A DNA stretch of 63,626 nucleotides, counting the filler, from Reticulomyxa filosa (Eukaryota; Protista; Foraminifera): NCBI GenBank assembly GCA_000512085.1. It is 14 parts of 14 records of this genome, joined end to end, with 100 filler letters (N's around TTAATTAATTAA, not from the genome) between each part and the next. Parts side by side here need not be neighbours in the genome. Positions count along the whole stretch, not along the records: positions 1 to 11,306 come from ASPP01002996.1; positions 11,407 to 16,477 come from ASPP01026111.1; 12 more parts are not named here. One strand, written 5' to 3'. Positions within the stretch are counted from its first letter, which is position 1. Each line of letters opens with the position of its first letter. This document shows, in pieces, positions 1 through 13,129 of the stretch. A model generated the notes under the pieces. It ran no database searches and was not told the DNA's origin. It worked only from the letters and a program-made list of their open reading frames with translations. Made by a program: the position numbers and the translations under genes.

Positions 1-123
1 AGTAGTTTCTTTCCTTCTTTCTGTATATTTTGAAATGAAAAAAAAAAAAAAAGATATGGTTTGCTTCGTACACATAACACTGAGTTTGGTTTGGGTGTGT
101 TTGGGGGGGGGGGGGGGATGCAG

Positions 124-387
124 ATGAAAAAACAAAAGATTATTTTGAAAATGACATAACTGAACAAACGTCAAAGGAAACAGATGAAAATGACAATGAC
201 CACGACAACAAAGGCAATCACGACAATCACGACAATCACGACAATGAACACAATGACATGGACAATGCAAACGAAGAAAAAAAGATTAATAAAACTGAAA
301 ACACAAAGTCAACTAACAGATTGACATTAGAAAAAATGAGTTCAAATTCTCATTTATTGTCGGTGCCTCCAATGACATCTTCCATTG

Positions 388-424
<37 letters not shown>

Positions 425-1692
425 TAATAACAAAGAAAATGAAACGAATAATCTAAATACATCGAACCATGTGAAAGCAAAGCCATCATTGTTAGAATTG
501 CTGGCGCATGCAGATATGCAGTCTGGATATTCAATGCACCACAGCCATCCCAGTGCTCCCATCGATTTGCAGTTGAAGCGAAGATCAGTGGACAAATCAA
601 CCGACCAAGAGGGATCCCCGAGGCCCACGTACATCCAGCCCAAATGGGAGCTGCGTAACCCCAATTCTGCGTCGTATTCCGTCACATCGGCGGATGAGTC
701 ATCGACGGCCGAAAGGGACATTGAAAAGGAAATTTGGGGGATTTACGATCGATTCATTCACGGAAACGCAGTCAAGCAAGTCAATGTGGGCTACGAAGTC
801 GCAAGAAATGTCCGCTATTGTGTACACAACTTGCATTCGCTGCCCTCAAAAGTCCACGTGTTTGACAAAGCCGTGGAACAGATACTTCGCTTGATACGTT
901 CGTCGATATTGACTGGCTTTTATGACTCGATTGAGTTTTTGGCATTGTCCAAACGAAGGGAACGGCAGCTTCAAAGCAAAGAAAAAGGGAAGACACACGA
1001 TGAATTGCCTTTACGTCCGACTTCTCCGAAACGAAATACCGAGCCACACACCATGGCTCTCCCCTTGGAACATAAAACTATGGAAAGCACGGAGTTCCCC
1101 ACCACTTTGTCCAATCCAAACACATTACAGCCCAATGATGTCCCTTTGCGCACTTTTTCATTGACCGATTTGTTGTTTCAATCTTCTGATGACAGTGACA
1201 GTAGTTGGTCTGATGACGACAATCCTGATCCTTCTCACATCGATGACGTCAAATCACGTCTGTTTTTTTTTTTAAAAAAAAAAAAAGTGAAAATCTGATG
1301 TTTTTTTTTTTACTTTTCAAAAAAAAAAAAAAAAAGGTCCTACTCCTTTGCAACCGTCCAAAACTTCGTCTCCGAATATTTTGTCGTCGTTATATTTGTC
1401 GGGTCGTTCAAAAGCAGAGAGTGAACGGCCTTTGACGAAAAATTATACACAAAAGGAAACAAGAGGAAGCAATGAAAGCAAAGCGAAGAGACCAGAAAAT
1501 CGGGTAACGACATCAAATCATTCTCAAGATGTACTAAGTGATGGAACAGAAGACACAAGTTATTCGTCTGACGATAGCGATGACGATCAAGCCCAAGAAC
1601 AACAACATCAGCCCTCTAATACCACTTCACGACTTCCTTTTCATTTGTTCCGTTTTGCGTCATCAGAAAAGAACCATAAAAAAAAAGAATAA
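124..1692 (+). CDS. RGS-domain protein, 3' part (5' end outside window; intron ~1258-1336)
   Basis: EIWGIYDRFIHGNAVKQVNV..VFDKAVEQILRLIRSSILTGFYDSIEF matches RGS C-terminal helices; poly-Asn tract; acceptor ...GCAG at 123; last exon in ORF 1348-1692. Confidence 0.7.
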
Positions 1693-2159
1693 TCAATTAT
1701 TAAATTATGCGGCTTTGCTACTTCTTTGTTTTGCTACTTTTTTTTCCTTTTTTTTTATGACCTTGTTTAAATGCTTGTATGGTTGTTGTTTACATCTTTC
1801 CCCACCATACAGAGAAAGATCTGTTTGTCTCTTTTTTTTAACCTTCCTATTGTTTTTTGTTTGATTTCTTTTTTTTGTCATGTTAAAAATAAAGTAAAAA
1901 AATGAGTGTTTTTTTTCTTTGCTTTGTATCAATGGGTTGCATTATCAGTCTGTCATTCAAATCAAATGTTGAATTTTCTCCACTTGGTTGTAATTCTACA
2001 TTTGTTGTAATTTATCAGAAAAATCATCGTCGCAAAAAAGAAAAAAAATGAACAAGTAACCCATCCAATGTAAAGGCTTATGGATTGAGTGTTGTTAAGG
2101 TTTTTTTTATGCACGGGAATTTTTGAGGTACGGCTACGTTTTTTATCACGAAAGAAGAG

Positions 2160-4254
2160 GATTTTAATTAGAAGCTTTTCGGGCAAAAAGAATATGTAGA
2201 CTGAACATAATAAAAAAAAAAAAGACAAACAAAAATAACGGTCCCAACCGTCGGCATTTACACCAACGAAATCAATCTGGAATAACACACCTCTTAATTC
2301 AGCAAAAAAACACACCAATTTTTTTTTTTTGCACCCTTTCGATTTTCTTTACAGTTTACTTGAAGGGAAGGATGTCGTTTTGTACTCCAAGTGCATATCA
2401 TTGATTGGGGGCAAACCAGCGCAAGCGCGCAATATGTTTTCAAGACAGCCTCTTTGTTTAAATAAAGCGTTAACCAATGGAGAGTCATCTGGTACTAATG
2501 GGGCCTATTTGAAGAACAATTCAAAAAAAAAAAGGTGTGCATAAAAAAAAAAAAAAAACCGAAAAGAGAAAAAACAAAACTTTCAACAAAAATGACAAAA
2601 TGGTCAAAATGGAACCAAAAGAATCCCAGGAACCAGGTAACGATTCTCCAAAGTTATCATTATTGGATTTGTTGTCACAAACTTTCCACTCGATGCGTTG
2701 GAACAATTCCGTCAAAACAACCAAATCGATAATGATGGGTGCGGCCAAGAGCGAATCTTCGCAAGTGTTATGAATAGCAATGGTCTGGGCGCCACCCATG
2801 AAAATAGAGGCAATATATTCATCCATGGCCCTCTTGCTGTCTCCAACGCTAGGAACATATTTAATGACAACGACATGGTCTGGTTTGTCTTTTCCGTCTG
2901 GACAAGAATACAAAATGTTGTTGCTATGGACCATGTCATCCACGACATTGGATTTGGAAATTTCCTTGGATCGAAACTGTTTTTCCTCGATCAAGTTTTT
3001 GCCATCGTTATTTCCCAGGTGGTTATAGCTGACAATGGAAGTGGGTTTTAAGCCACTCGCGACCAAAAAGTCCACCAACACTGACTTGAGCTTGGTCTGT
3101 CCACTTTTGAAGTCATCCCCTCCAATGAACAGCTTTCTTTGTTGGGCCATGGTGATAATGGCAGGCACAAATGTGTTTTGCGGCGACCCATTGATATACG
3201 AGCAGCCTTCCAACAACGACGCCACTGCGAACATTTGCGACGGTGCTATTTCCTTGTGTCCCTCAGCAATGGCTCGCAGCAGATTTTCTTCCGTGTCATG
3301 CACGCCACGCAGCACCTCACAATAGCGCTCCGTGTTGGCCGTCCACAGCACCACCACCGTGTCCAACTTATGCTTCGCCTTGAATGTCCTTATGTCTTTG
3401 CGAATTTGCGTCAAATGTTCGATGCAGCATTTGTTACCTGGCAGGATGTTGTTCGCGCGATCGTTCTGATTGCTCGCGATAAAATCGGGGTAGTAAATGC
3501 TCTTCATCGGCTTACCCAACTTTTTTAATAACGGTTTCAATTGCTCTTGCAACGTGTATGGGTACACTTGGGCGCGTGTCAGCGCTTCGTCCAATGGCAT
3601 GTCATTGATGTCCCATCCGTCGACCACCAGGTCATTGCCGTGGAGCATTGGCAACAGCGAACGCAATGGCACAAAGATTTCTTCGTTCTTCTCTTTGTTG
3701 ATCCCGAGATACGTTGTGCCTGCGTGGGTTATGCTTCCAAAGTAGTTTGCTTTTTGCACCCCATTCTTCGTCTGCCATGTCATGTTCTTTTGGTTTGCCA
3801 ATATCCCACTCAACACCGTCGTGCCGTTGTTGCCACCGATGCCCACTAACAACACGCCGGTTCGGCTTACTTTACGCTTCGTTCGAAATATATATTCACG
3901 GCTTCTCGGTATCGCCTCCATGTCCCCTGTCGCCGTTTTTGATATTTCTGTGCTGTGGTAATTATATTTACTGTATATGTACTTCTCCGTCACTTTCAGA
4001 TCTTTCGATTTCACCGAAAAATTCGATGCCTTTTTTTTTTTTTTTTTTGAAGTGGAAAAAAAAAAAAACTTCAATGCTATATTTACACGTGGACAGACAG
4101 AAGACTTACACATGATGGAGTTGTCATTTTTTTTGAAAGTATTGATGTGCCAAAATGTCAATTTAAAAAAAAACGCTAATGCCGAAAAGAAGAGGATTTT
4201 TTTTGAAAGGGAAATAAAAAAACACAACTTTCCTTTTTTTACTGACAAATACAT
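2160..4254 (-). CDS. INO1: Inositol-3-phosphate (myo-inositol-1-phosphate) synthase, spliced; 3' end approximate
   Basis: Signature motifs [58 protein letters not shown]. Confidence 0.97.
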
Positions 4255-5061
4255 GTCTTTGGAATTTTTCTTCCCTTTTATTGCTTATACAACGAAAAGA
4301 TGTCATTCTAACCGCTTGTTTGACCAGAAGTGGTTAGCAAAGCTGAAGTGGATTGGATCTATTTCTTCTGGAATGCACAAAACTTAAAACACTGACTTGT
4401 TCTTTTTACTAAATTATATTTACATTGATAATAGATTTTTTCATAAATATACCCGAGAAAAAACGTATTTTCCTCGTTCCATTAGCTTAAATTAAAATAT
4501 CTTTGACTGCTTTTGATCCTCAAAGATAATTTAAATCAAAAACAAGATATACTTTCTTCTAATAATCATACATTTCGAAGGCAGATGAATGCAACATCAG
4601 CAGCAAAAGGAAGACAGTTCAGATAAAAGATGTGTAAGATTTGCAAAAAGTTGTGCTACAGTAGGTTGCAAAGAAAACTGAACGCCTAAAACGATATCCT
4701 ATGATGATAATTGATTTTCTCAATGAAAAATCAATTATCATCATAGGATATTGTTTTAGGTGTTCAGTTTTCTTTGCAACATACTGTATGTTCACGTATC
4801 ATAACTCTTATACAAAAAAATCAAATAATTCTAGTTTCACAAGAAAAAGCCAATTATACACTGTAGTTCTTTTTTTAGAGCAATAAAGGAATTTTGAGAA
4901 ACAAACTCATGAAATCCATCATACAGCTTTCCTTTGATTATGTTATTTCCTAATCAAGTATATCTTTTGTAGACAATTATTTCCTCAAATGTTTTACAGC
5001 TAACGTTTCTATTCCATATTAACACAAATATCTCAATTTTGCATTCTCTTCATTTCATTGA

Positions 5062-6670
5062 TTAATACTTTAAACAGTCATCACCAGGAAAAACTGTTTT
5101 ATAAAACAGCAAGACATCATCCCGATTAAAACACCATATCGCTGGATTGAATCGATCTTGTTCCAAGCGAATTACAATCTTCCATTTCTTTAGTTCATCT
5201 TCAATACTTTTCTTCTTTGGAGATTCATAATTTCCTCCTTTCTTTACTTTTTTTGAATATTGACCTTTTCCACATAATATTTTAATTGGATCATTTTTAA
5301 ATGTATGTTCCAATTCATCTCTTTTCAATGTCATCAAATAACGCAACATAAAATTTGTTGTTTCTGTTGACATTAAACTGAAATCCAATAACATCTGCCG
5401 TTTATTGAATATATCAGTTGCCCAATAACCAAAAGAATGAATGAAATTTGATTCTTGATATAATATTCTTTCAATATCTTGTATCGCATTCATCCAATTA
5501 TCTTTATGCAACAGTATATACGCTTGTATTAAAGTTTCTAAATTTTTATTATCAATAGAAATTGGCCTGTCTTTGACAGATGGATATAATTCATTATAAA
5601 ATATATTCAAACATTGTTGATGATAATGTGATAATTTATCAATTTCATTTCCATTCAACATTTCCATCTTTTTCAAATATCCAATACTTTTTAAATTAAT
5701 CAATCTCTTATTATTTACATCGATATTATTTTTAACTGATAATTTTGGAATTTTATTTTCATAAAAATCAAACATTTCATCAATCTTATTATCTCTCAAT
5801 AATCCTGATATAATTGTCGTACATGTTATTTCATCAATTGAAATGAAATGTTCAGATTGTTGTGAATAATCCAATAGATCCATCACCTTCTTTGATTCTC
5901 CACATTTTGCATACACATTCAACATAGAATTAAGTGTAATGTTATTAATTTGAATGTCAGATTTTTGGATTGTTTTCCAAATTATTTCAGCACTTTCCAT
6001 ATCACATGCATTTGCACATACTGATAACATTATATTACATGTTATTGCATCTGGTTCAAGATTGTAATGATTGACTAATAATTGAAAATAATATAAAGCC
6101 TGTTTAACATCACCTTTCTTTGAACACCCTTGAATCATTGTGGATAAAGTAATCAAATCAGGATTGAAAGGTGTCGTACTGGACGTTAATTCTTTATGAA
6201 TGAACCATTGTTCAAATAATTTTTTTTGAAGATCAAATTTATTCCAAGTACCCAAATGATACAAAACAGTGTTGCAATAGACAATATCCAATGAAACACT
6301 TTGCTGATGAACTAATTGAATAATTGAATGAAATGCGTTTGGTTGTTTTAATTCAGAACATCTTTTGATTGCAACAGTATGAACACTTATATGCTGAGAA
6401 TAATTATTTTGAAGGAATTGAATAATATCATTGATGGTTATCATTTGTTGGATCAATGATCTTTCATGTTGTGATTGTGGAGGCGGTGTTGTTTTTTTTA
6501 ATACTCCTTTTTGTTTTGCAGTTTTTTCTTTGTTTCCTTGTCGTCGTGTTCTTGCTTCAAATAAGTTTCATTTTGCTTTTTTGTCGTTGAGAGATGAAAA
6601 TGGTAGCAAGTTTTGATTTGTAGCATATATGATTGAAAGAAAATATGTATCGAGTAAATGTTCTCAGCAT
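5062..6670 (-). CDS. Pentatricopeptide-repeat protein with C-terminal Smr-like domain; probable organellar presequence; intronless
   Basis: 35-aa PPR units (PDLITLSTMIQGCSKKGDV, PDAITCNIMLSVCANACDM, NNITLNSMLNVYAKCGES); C-terminal LDFSLMS..IKILCGKGQYS..NPAIW; ATG at 6670 (MLRTFTRYIFSF) joins the ORF after one 1-nt frameshift near 6567. Confidence 0.85.
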
Positions 6671-6907
6671 CCTTATTTGTCGTTTTTTTTTTTGAGCGTT
6701 TTGTTTTGTTTTTTATTCAGAGTGATATTCATGATTTTTCTTCTTGTTTTATGGAGAACTAGTGCTTTAGTATGATTTTCTTTTTTAACAATATCATAGG
6801 TTATTTACAATTCAGTTATCACTGAAATTTTTGACATTTGATTACTACAAATACTCCTTTAGATTAGAAGCAGACCATTTTTTGGTAAACTGCCTCATCA
6901 CTCTTGT

Positions 6908-8309
6908 TTAAATTGATACAAGTGCGTGATCAATGAAGTGAACCAGAAACCATGACGTAAGCAGAAGGGGAACTGTTGCATTTGTTTGAGACAGGTGTAA
7001 CGTATCCATGATCAAAGATTTTTTTATAATTTTGAAGTCAAAGAGATAGGCCACAGTATCAACCTTTGTGGCAAAAGGGAAAAAAAATGAGAATAATGTC
7101 AATGAATAATGACAATCGCTATCTTTAAAAACAAAAAGGCACGTGGTTGAAATGGTTTTTTTTTTTTAATGTCTAAACATAAGAGTGGACATTGTCCATG
7201 TCCATATCCAGTCGAACCCCATCTACTTTAAGACCAAATGCGAACACCAAATTCATTACTTTGGTCATGTGGTCTGCAGCATTCTATGTAAGAGCAACAA
7301 AGAAGGGGAAAAAGCAAATGATATATATGTATATGTATATGTATATGTATATGCATATACATAATATGCATATATACGAATGATAACTTGATCACAAGGG
7401 ATGGAAGGGTCGATGGGATAAATGTGTCCGGATTGTTTGCAAAGCAGACTTTTTTTGGTGAGCAGATCGTGTTGATGTTTTTTCAATTGAAGTACAGTGA
7501 GCTGATCAAAAGAGCGGGTTCTTTTGGGTGAGGCGCATTGATTTTGGTTGAGATAGCAAGTTTTCATTTCCTCCCATTTCAAAGCGAGTTTTTGTTTCAT
7601 CATTTGCCAAAACTTGTGACCAATATATGATATGGATTCATCATGGTGATGCGAATTGTTAGTGTGTTTCGTTGTCGCAGAGCGTTGTTGTTGTTGTTGT
7701 GATTGATCTGTCTCAATATCTGTTTTAACTTCATTATCTTTGTCTTGCTTTTGTTTTGTTGGCGTTTGCGACGGCTGGAAATCCCAGGAAAGCGTATGCT
7801 GAGTGTTCTTGGCATTTTTGGAGGCAAACGTAAAGCGAGGCAGAAAGCCAGGGACTCTGAGTTCGATAAGATTTTGCAAGGAGAGAGTGGAGATATCGAA
7901 CGGGGCCTTCTGATGTTGGTTGATAAAGTTATACTTACAAAGCAGCCCGCAAAGCTTGGCGAACACGACGCCGGTGCAAAAAGCGTCGTACCCTGCCTCA
8001 TGAAAGTTTTTCGTGTGTTCGGTGTTGTACAGCCGAGACTCTCTGTGCCACGTCACAAACGGCACGACTTCGTTGTTTCGAAACGTGAAGAACATGTGTT
8101 GCAACCCCGTCTTTTCGTTCACCTCTTTGCGCTTTCTCTCCAATTGCTTCTTCGTCTCGTGCGTCGTAAACTGTCCCAGAGGATAAGGGAGCGTGCGATG
8201 CAGATATTTCGTGTCAAACACAATCGGTGGCAGTAGTCCTCCAATCGTTGCTTTCTTATCTTTTCGTTCGTTGCGCTTTTGGCCACTTTTCACTTTTTTC
8301 TCATTGTTA

Positions 8310-8365
<56 letters not shown>

Positions 8366-10008
8366 GTTATTATTGTTATTGCCATTGTAATGACTTGCAA
8401 GATACTCTGCGATTGATGCATGGCTGTCCAAATCGACTTGATTCGCGTCGATTTTGCATACAAATGTATTGTACAGATGAGCCAAGTCTAACAAGCCGTT
8501 GTGAAGTACTACTGGTATCTTATGCTGGTGGCATGCGCTCATCAACTCGTTCCACACTTTTGTCATTCCATACTTTTCGTCCAATACTTCCAAATATTGC
8601 TTTCTCAACATTGCACTTGGAAATATACAATCAATACACATTTTTTTTTAATTTTTTTTTTTATAAATTTTATTTCAATTGTCTTGCGAATCTGCGCGTG
8701 TGTGAATCTCCTCCCCCCCCTTTTTTTTTTTTTAAAAAAAAAAAAACAACAACCTTAATATTTGAGTCGCAGTTGCCTTGTCTTTGAAGCAAAAAAAATC
8801 ATAGGAAACGGTCTGATTGGCGGAAAGTGGAGAAAGCGCAAAGACGAGTTTGTCACAACGCGCTTGAATGTCGTGGAAGTTGTGTACGGAGGAGGAGAAT
8901 CGACAATGCTCTTCGATACGGCGATAGCACTCATGCAATAAGATCCGATTGACTTGGAACGAAGGGATGTCCGTGAACTTGATAGTGTCGAAGCCGACAT
9001 CGGATCTGATCAGTTCCTTTTCAAACACAGTCAGCCACTTGGACAGGAGTAAGTTGATTTCGGGCTCATTTTCGATCGTGGCTATCGCTGTTGCGGTGGA
9101 GACCTTAGCGTTGATGTCCATCTTTGTGCTCGCGCTCTCTTTGTCATACGAACGAAGCAATCGCTCCAATTTCTTATTTATGTACTCTTGGATTTTGGTT
9201 TCTGATTTCAACTTATCACATACATACACATATACATATATAAATATATATATATATATGTGTATGTATGTGTTGTGTTTGCTCTTTTTTTTTTTGCATC
9301 TCTTTTGTTTTGTGCATCCACTCAACGGTGACATAGGTTTGATGTGGTATCCATGGGATGCCAAACTTAACCCATTTACCTGGATTGAACCCGTTTCGAC
9401 ACAAAAATTGCAATGACTGTGCTTGCACCACAAAACTTCCGTTCAATTCGTCCATGAATTGTAGCTCCGATCCAAAGTTTGGATACAGCAAAAAATTAAA
9501 TGGGTAGCTATACAAGTTTGGATCTTTTTATTTGTTGTTTGTTGCCATGTGACCCATGAACAAGACCTTTTTTTTTTTTGAGCGTACAACTGCCACACAC
9601 AAAAATGATGAGTGGTAAACTTCTTAACTTTCTTCAGAAGAAAAAAACAACGCAATTCCCAACTGGGATATACAAAAGTCACTTGCTCCAAGCAACGAAG
9701 TTTGCAGCGCTTCTGACGGAGTTTGCGTGTGTATCACTTGCTTTTCGTATTGGCCTAGCAGTCCTGTGAACTCACAGTCTATCGCAATGAACGCCAGCTC
9801 ACTCACATTGTGCTCAAGAAAACTATGCAACTTCTTGCAAGCTAAAGCGAAATTCTTTGATGTTACGTCCAGATTTACCTCTTATTTGAGTGTCTAGATG
9901 TGAAATGATTTTCCTATTTATATATTTATATATAACAACCCGGAAACGCAAGCCGTACCAAGTTGAAACACAAAACTATCTGTTGTTATTACTATCATTT
10001 TGGGCCAT
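6908..10008 (-). CDS. PARN: Poly(A)-specific ribonuclease (CAF1/DEDD family), multi-exon; ends approximate
   Basis: DVTSKNF..FIAIDCEFTG, SLQFLCRNGFNPGKWVKFGIP, LHNGLLDLAHLY, FDTKYL, FHEAGYDAFCTG. Confidence 0.85.
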
Positions 10009-10758
10009 GCAAAAAGTGTAAGTTAAAAGTGTTAATTTTTTTTCAATGAGAAACTGATAACATGTGATATAGAAATTTTTCTGAAATTAAGTATGTAAGT
10101 GTGCTCTTTCGAGCTAATTTTAACAAAACAACCAAATAACAACAAAAAATTTAAGAAATCTTTTATTCTTTATTCAATTCAATTAAGACAACAAAAAACA
10201 ACACTTAGAGCTAATTTTTTTTCGTCCAAAAATATCTACGATTCGTGTGGTTTTTAAATATGATTTTGATTTTAGTTTTTTATTTCATCTTTCCTAATTA
10301 TTTGAATTTAAATTCTTTTTTCAACAAAATTTCGGTTTTTAATTTTAAACTTTTTTGAAAATTTTTGCTATTTTTGTTGTTATTTGACTGCTTTCGTACA
10401 TTTTACTTTTTATTAGTTTTTTATTTTCTACAGTGTCATAATGACCAAAATAATGTTTACTTTGAAAAAAGAAAATATTGAGAGTTTTTGATTTTTTCAA
10501 GCAATGTTTTATCTTGTTTATTATCGCTAACAAGGACAGATTATACGAAAAAAGAAATAATCTTTAAATCACAAGCAAGAAATTGACACAATGGTAAAAA
10601 AAGGTCATAAAAAATTTGAAAGTCTTCGTTTGAATTAAGACATTTTTAACATAACATTTACTTTATATTTTTTAATGAAGAAAATTGATCGTCTCTATAA
10701 AGCGTCGTTTTAGTGTCAACTTTCTTTTGCATTATAATGCAGAAAACAAGTTATAATT

Positions 10759-11306
10759 TCACTTCAAACAATCTTTACCTGGAGGAATTGTTTTATAAAA
10801 CAGCAAGACATCATCTCGATTCAAACACCACACTGCTTCATTAAATTGATCTTGTTCTAAACGAATTACAATCTTCCATTTCATTAATTCATCTTCAATA
10901 CTTTTCTTCTTTGGAGATTCATAATTTCCCCATTTCTTCATTATTCTTGAGTATTGACCTTTTCCACATAATATTTTAATTGGACCATTTTTAAAAGTAT
11001 GTCCCAATTCATCTCTTTTCAATGTCATCAAATAACGCAACATAAAATTTGTTGTTGTTGTTGACATCAAACTGAAATTCAATAATTTTTGTCGTTTGTT
11101 GTACATGTCAATATCCCAATAATCAAAAGAAAGAATGAAATTTGATTCTTGATATAATATTCTTTCAATATCTTGTATCGCATTCATCCAATTATCTTTA
11201 TGCAACAGTATATACGCTTGTATTAAAGTTTCTAAATTTTTATTATCAATAGAAATTGGCCTGTCTTTGACAGATGGATATAATTCATTATAAAATATAT
11301 TCAAAC
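10759..11306 (-). CDS. Second PPR-SMR-like paralog, C-terminal part, truncated by spacer
   Basis: Translation closely matches the C-terminal ~180 aa of 5062-6456. Confidence 0.85.
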
Positions 11307-11406
11307 NNNNNNNNNNNNNNNNNNNNNNNNNNNNNNNNNNNNNNNNNNNNTTAATTAATTAANNNNNNNNNNNNNNNNNNNNNNNNNNNNNNNNNNNNNN
11401 NNNNNN
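11307..11406. other. Artificial contig spacer N44-TTAATTAATTAA-N44 (also starting at 16478, 18561, 20036, 21349, 22695, 28113, 30821, 35063, 37153, 44925, 47684, 62199)
   Basis: Identical 100-nt structure 13 times; the linker has stop codons in all six frames. Confidence 0.99.
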
Positions 11407-12546
11407 AAAAAAAAAAAAAAGAGTGAAAAAAGTGATAAAAATGATATTATCATTATTGCTATTTTATTATTATTATTATCGTAAATAAGGAGGGGCTGAT
11501 GCAATTACATACGTATATTTCATCCGCACGAAATCGCTTTTCCAAATTGTGCAAAATGACAGGAGGCTCCAATGCATCAAGCATAACCAAGTCTGCAGTC
11601 GATCGCGACAATATTGCCCATTGGACGGTGTATGTCGTCAATCCTTTTTGAACCAGTATCTCCTTTTAAATTTTTTTTTTTTTTTTTTTTTTAACAACCC
11701 ACAAAAAAAAAAAATATATATTTGTATATTTTTATGAAATGGAGATTGGGAGTGTATGTGCTATGACGTGGTCGCGCGTGCGTGTATGGGTATATAACAT
11801 GATGATGCATGTAAGCAATATTGTTATACGTCCTACGGACAAATGCTTTAGAAAATGCGTGAAAATACTCAAAAAGACAAAAAATAAAAATGAAAATAAA
11901 CATTACTGCCTCTCTCCTCCTCCTTCCATAAATGGCAAAACAAAACTTCTCCATTCTCTGCTTCGAATAATAACGTGCCGTTCTTATTCGTTGTTATGTA
12001 CTTTGCTTTCGCATATCCTTCTATCGGATGTGGAATCCATCGCCAATTCCCCCTTTTTTTTTTTTTTTTTGAATGAACCGATTTTTCCAAAGTGATATAA
12101 AATATAATTGTCATGTACACGAACATGTAACGTGTGTATACACGTCGATATATAAATGTATGTAATGTGCTTTTCTTAACACTTTTGCCTAATTCATTTT
12201 CTGTTTTTAAACAATCGGGCTTTTCCCAGGTTATCTCCTCGGTCACTATGTTGTGGTAGTAGGGTCGGCCTTCTTCTGTTGTAAACTCTCGCCAGTTTTC
12301 TGGACTGCCTTTTCCCATATTTACATTGCGCACTGAAGCATCCTCATTTCCTGAAGCCAAGTATTGTGATAATTTTGATAATGTTGAAATTGGCACAAAA
12401 TCCGACCCGACGGAGCTGTTCCAGACCAGACACTCTGCTGTGACTTGCTTGGTTCGAAATAATTCTTTCAATTCATACGACGTTACAGCTGCGTCGCTTG
12501 GCTTTTCAGTAAATGGATCGATATAAAACCACTCTTCACCGTCCAT
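11407..12546 (-). CDS. Myosin heavy chain N-terminus with GYF_2-like, WW and SH3-like domains; truncated by spacer
   Basis: EWFYID..VTAECLVWNSS (GYF_2-like); NWREFTTEEGRPYYHNIVTEEITWEKP (WW); WRWIPHPIEGYAKAK (myosin N-terminal SH3-like); DLVMLDALEPPVILHNLEKRFRADEIY (motor start). Confidence 0.85.
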
Positions 12547-13129
12547 AATTATTCATTGGTTCAATCCACAGTTTTGCCTATCCCTTGGATAACCTAACTG
12601 TCAGAATCGCATGTTGTAAAAACACAGAACTACAACTGCTTGAGGAAAACATCTAACCGATAACCATACAGCTTTTACACGTTTAAGTAACAAAATTACA
12701 CACTCTTACTGCTTGTTTACAAAAAGATCGGTTTTAAATACTGTTATTCTGAAACTATGTACTCTTATGGTACTTTCAGCCCAAGACTGAGACCAGCATC
12801 CATATTAGCACAAATTGATAAACCCAGCAAGGCCTCTTGTCATGGTTATAATTTTTGCTTATTTTGTTCGTCGTTGCATAATTAATCATAGAAAAAATCA
12901 ATAAATTGTAATTGTGTGTGCACTTTATTCAAAAGTAATAAATCAACACGAGATTAAATCCTCAAATAGGTCATGCCAATTTAAAAACGTAAAGAAATCC
13001 AACTTAAAGTCTTTAAAACATTGTGCAATCTTCACTAATTACTATTTGTTTTTAGAAAACAAGATTTGAAGGTTGTTTTGACACTAAAAAAAAGGCGTAA
13101 GTTTTGGCCCAGTGAAAATATAAAAAAAA

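Noticed and set aside
6560-6580. Programmed frameshift in the PPR gene N-terminus
   Set aside because: It falls in A-runs in a homopolymer-error-prone assembly; sequencing error or pseudogenisation is more parsimonious
9868-9885. Apparent CTG start codon for PARN (CTG GAC GTA = L/M-D-V) after an in-frame TAA
   Set aside because: A short upstream exon (ATG 10008, MAQND) can splice in frame via GT..AG, so a non-AUG start is not required
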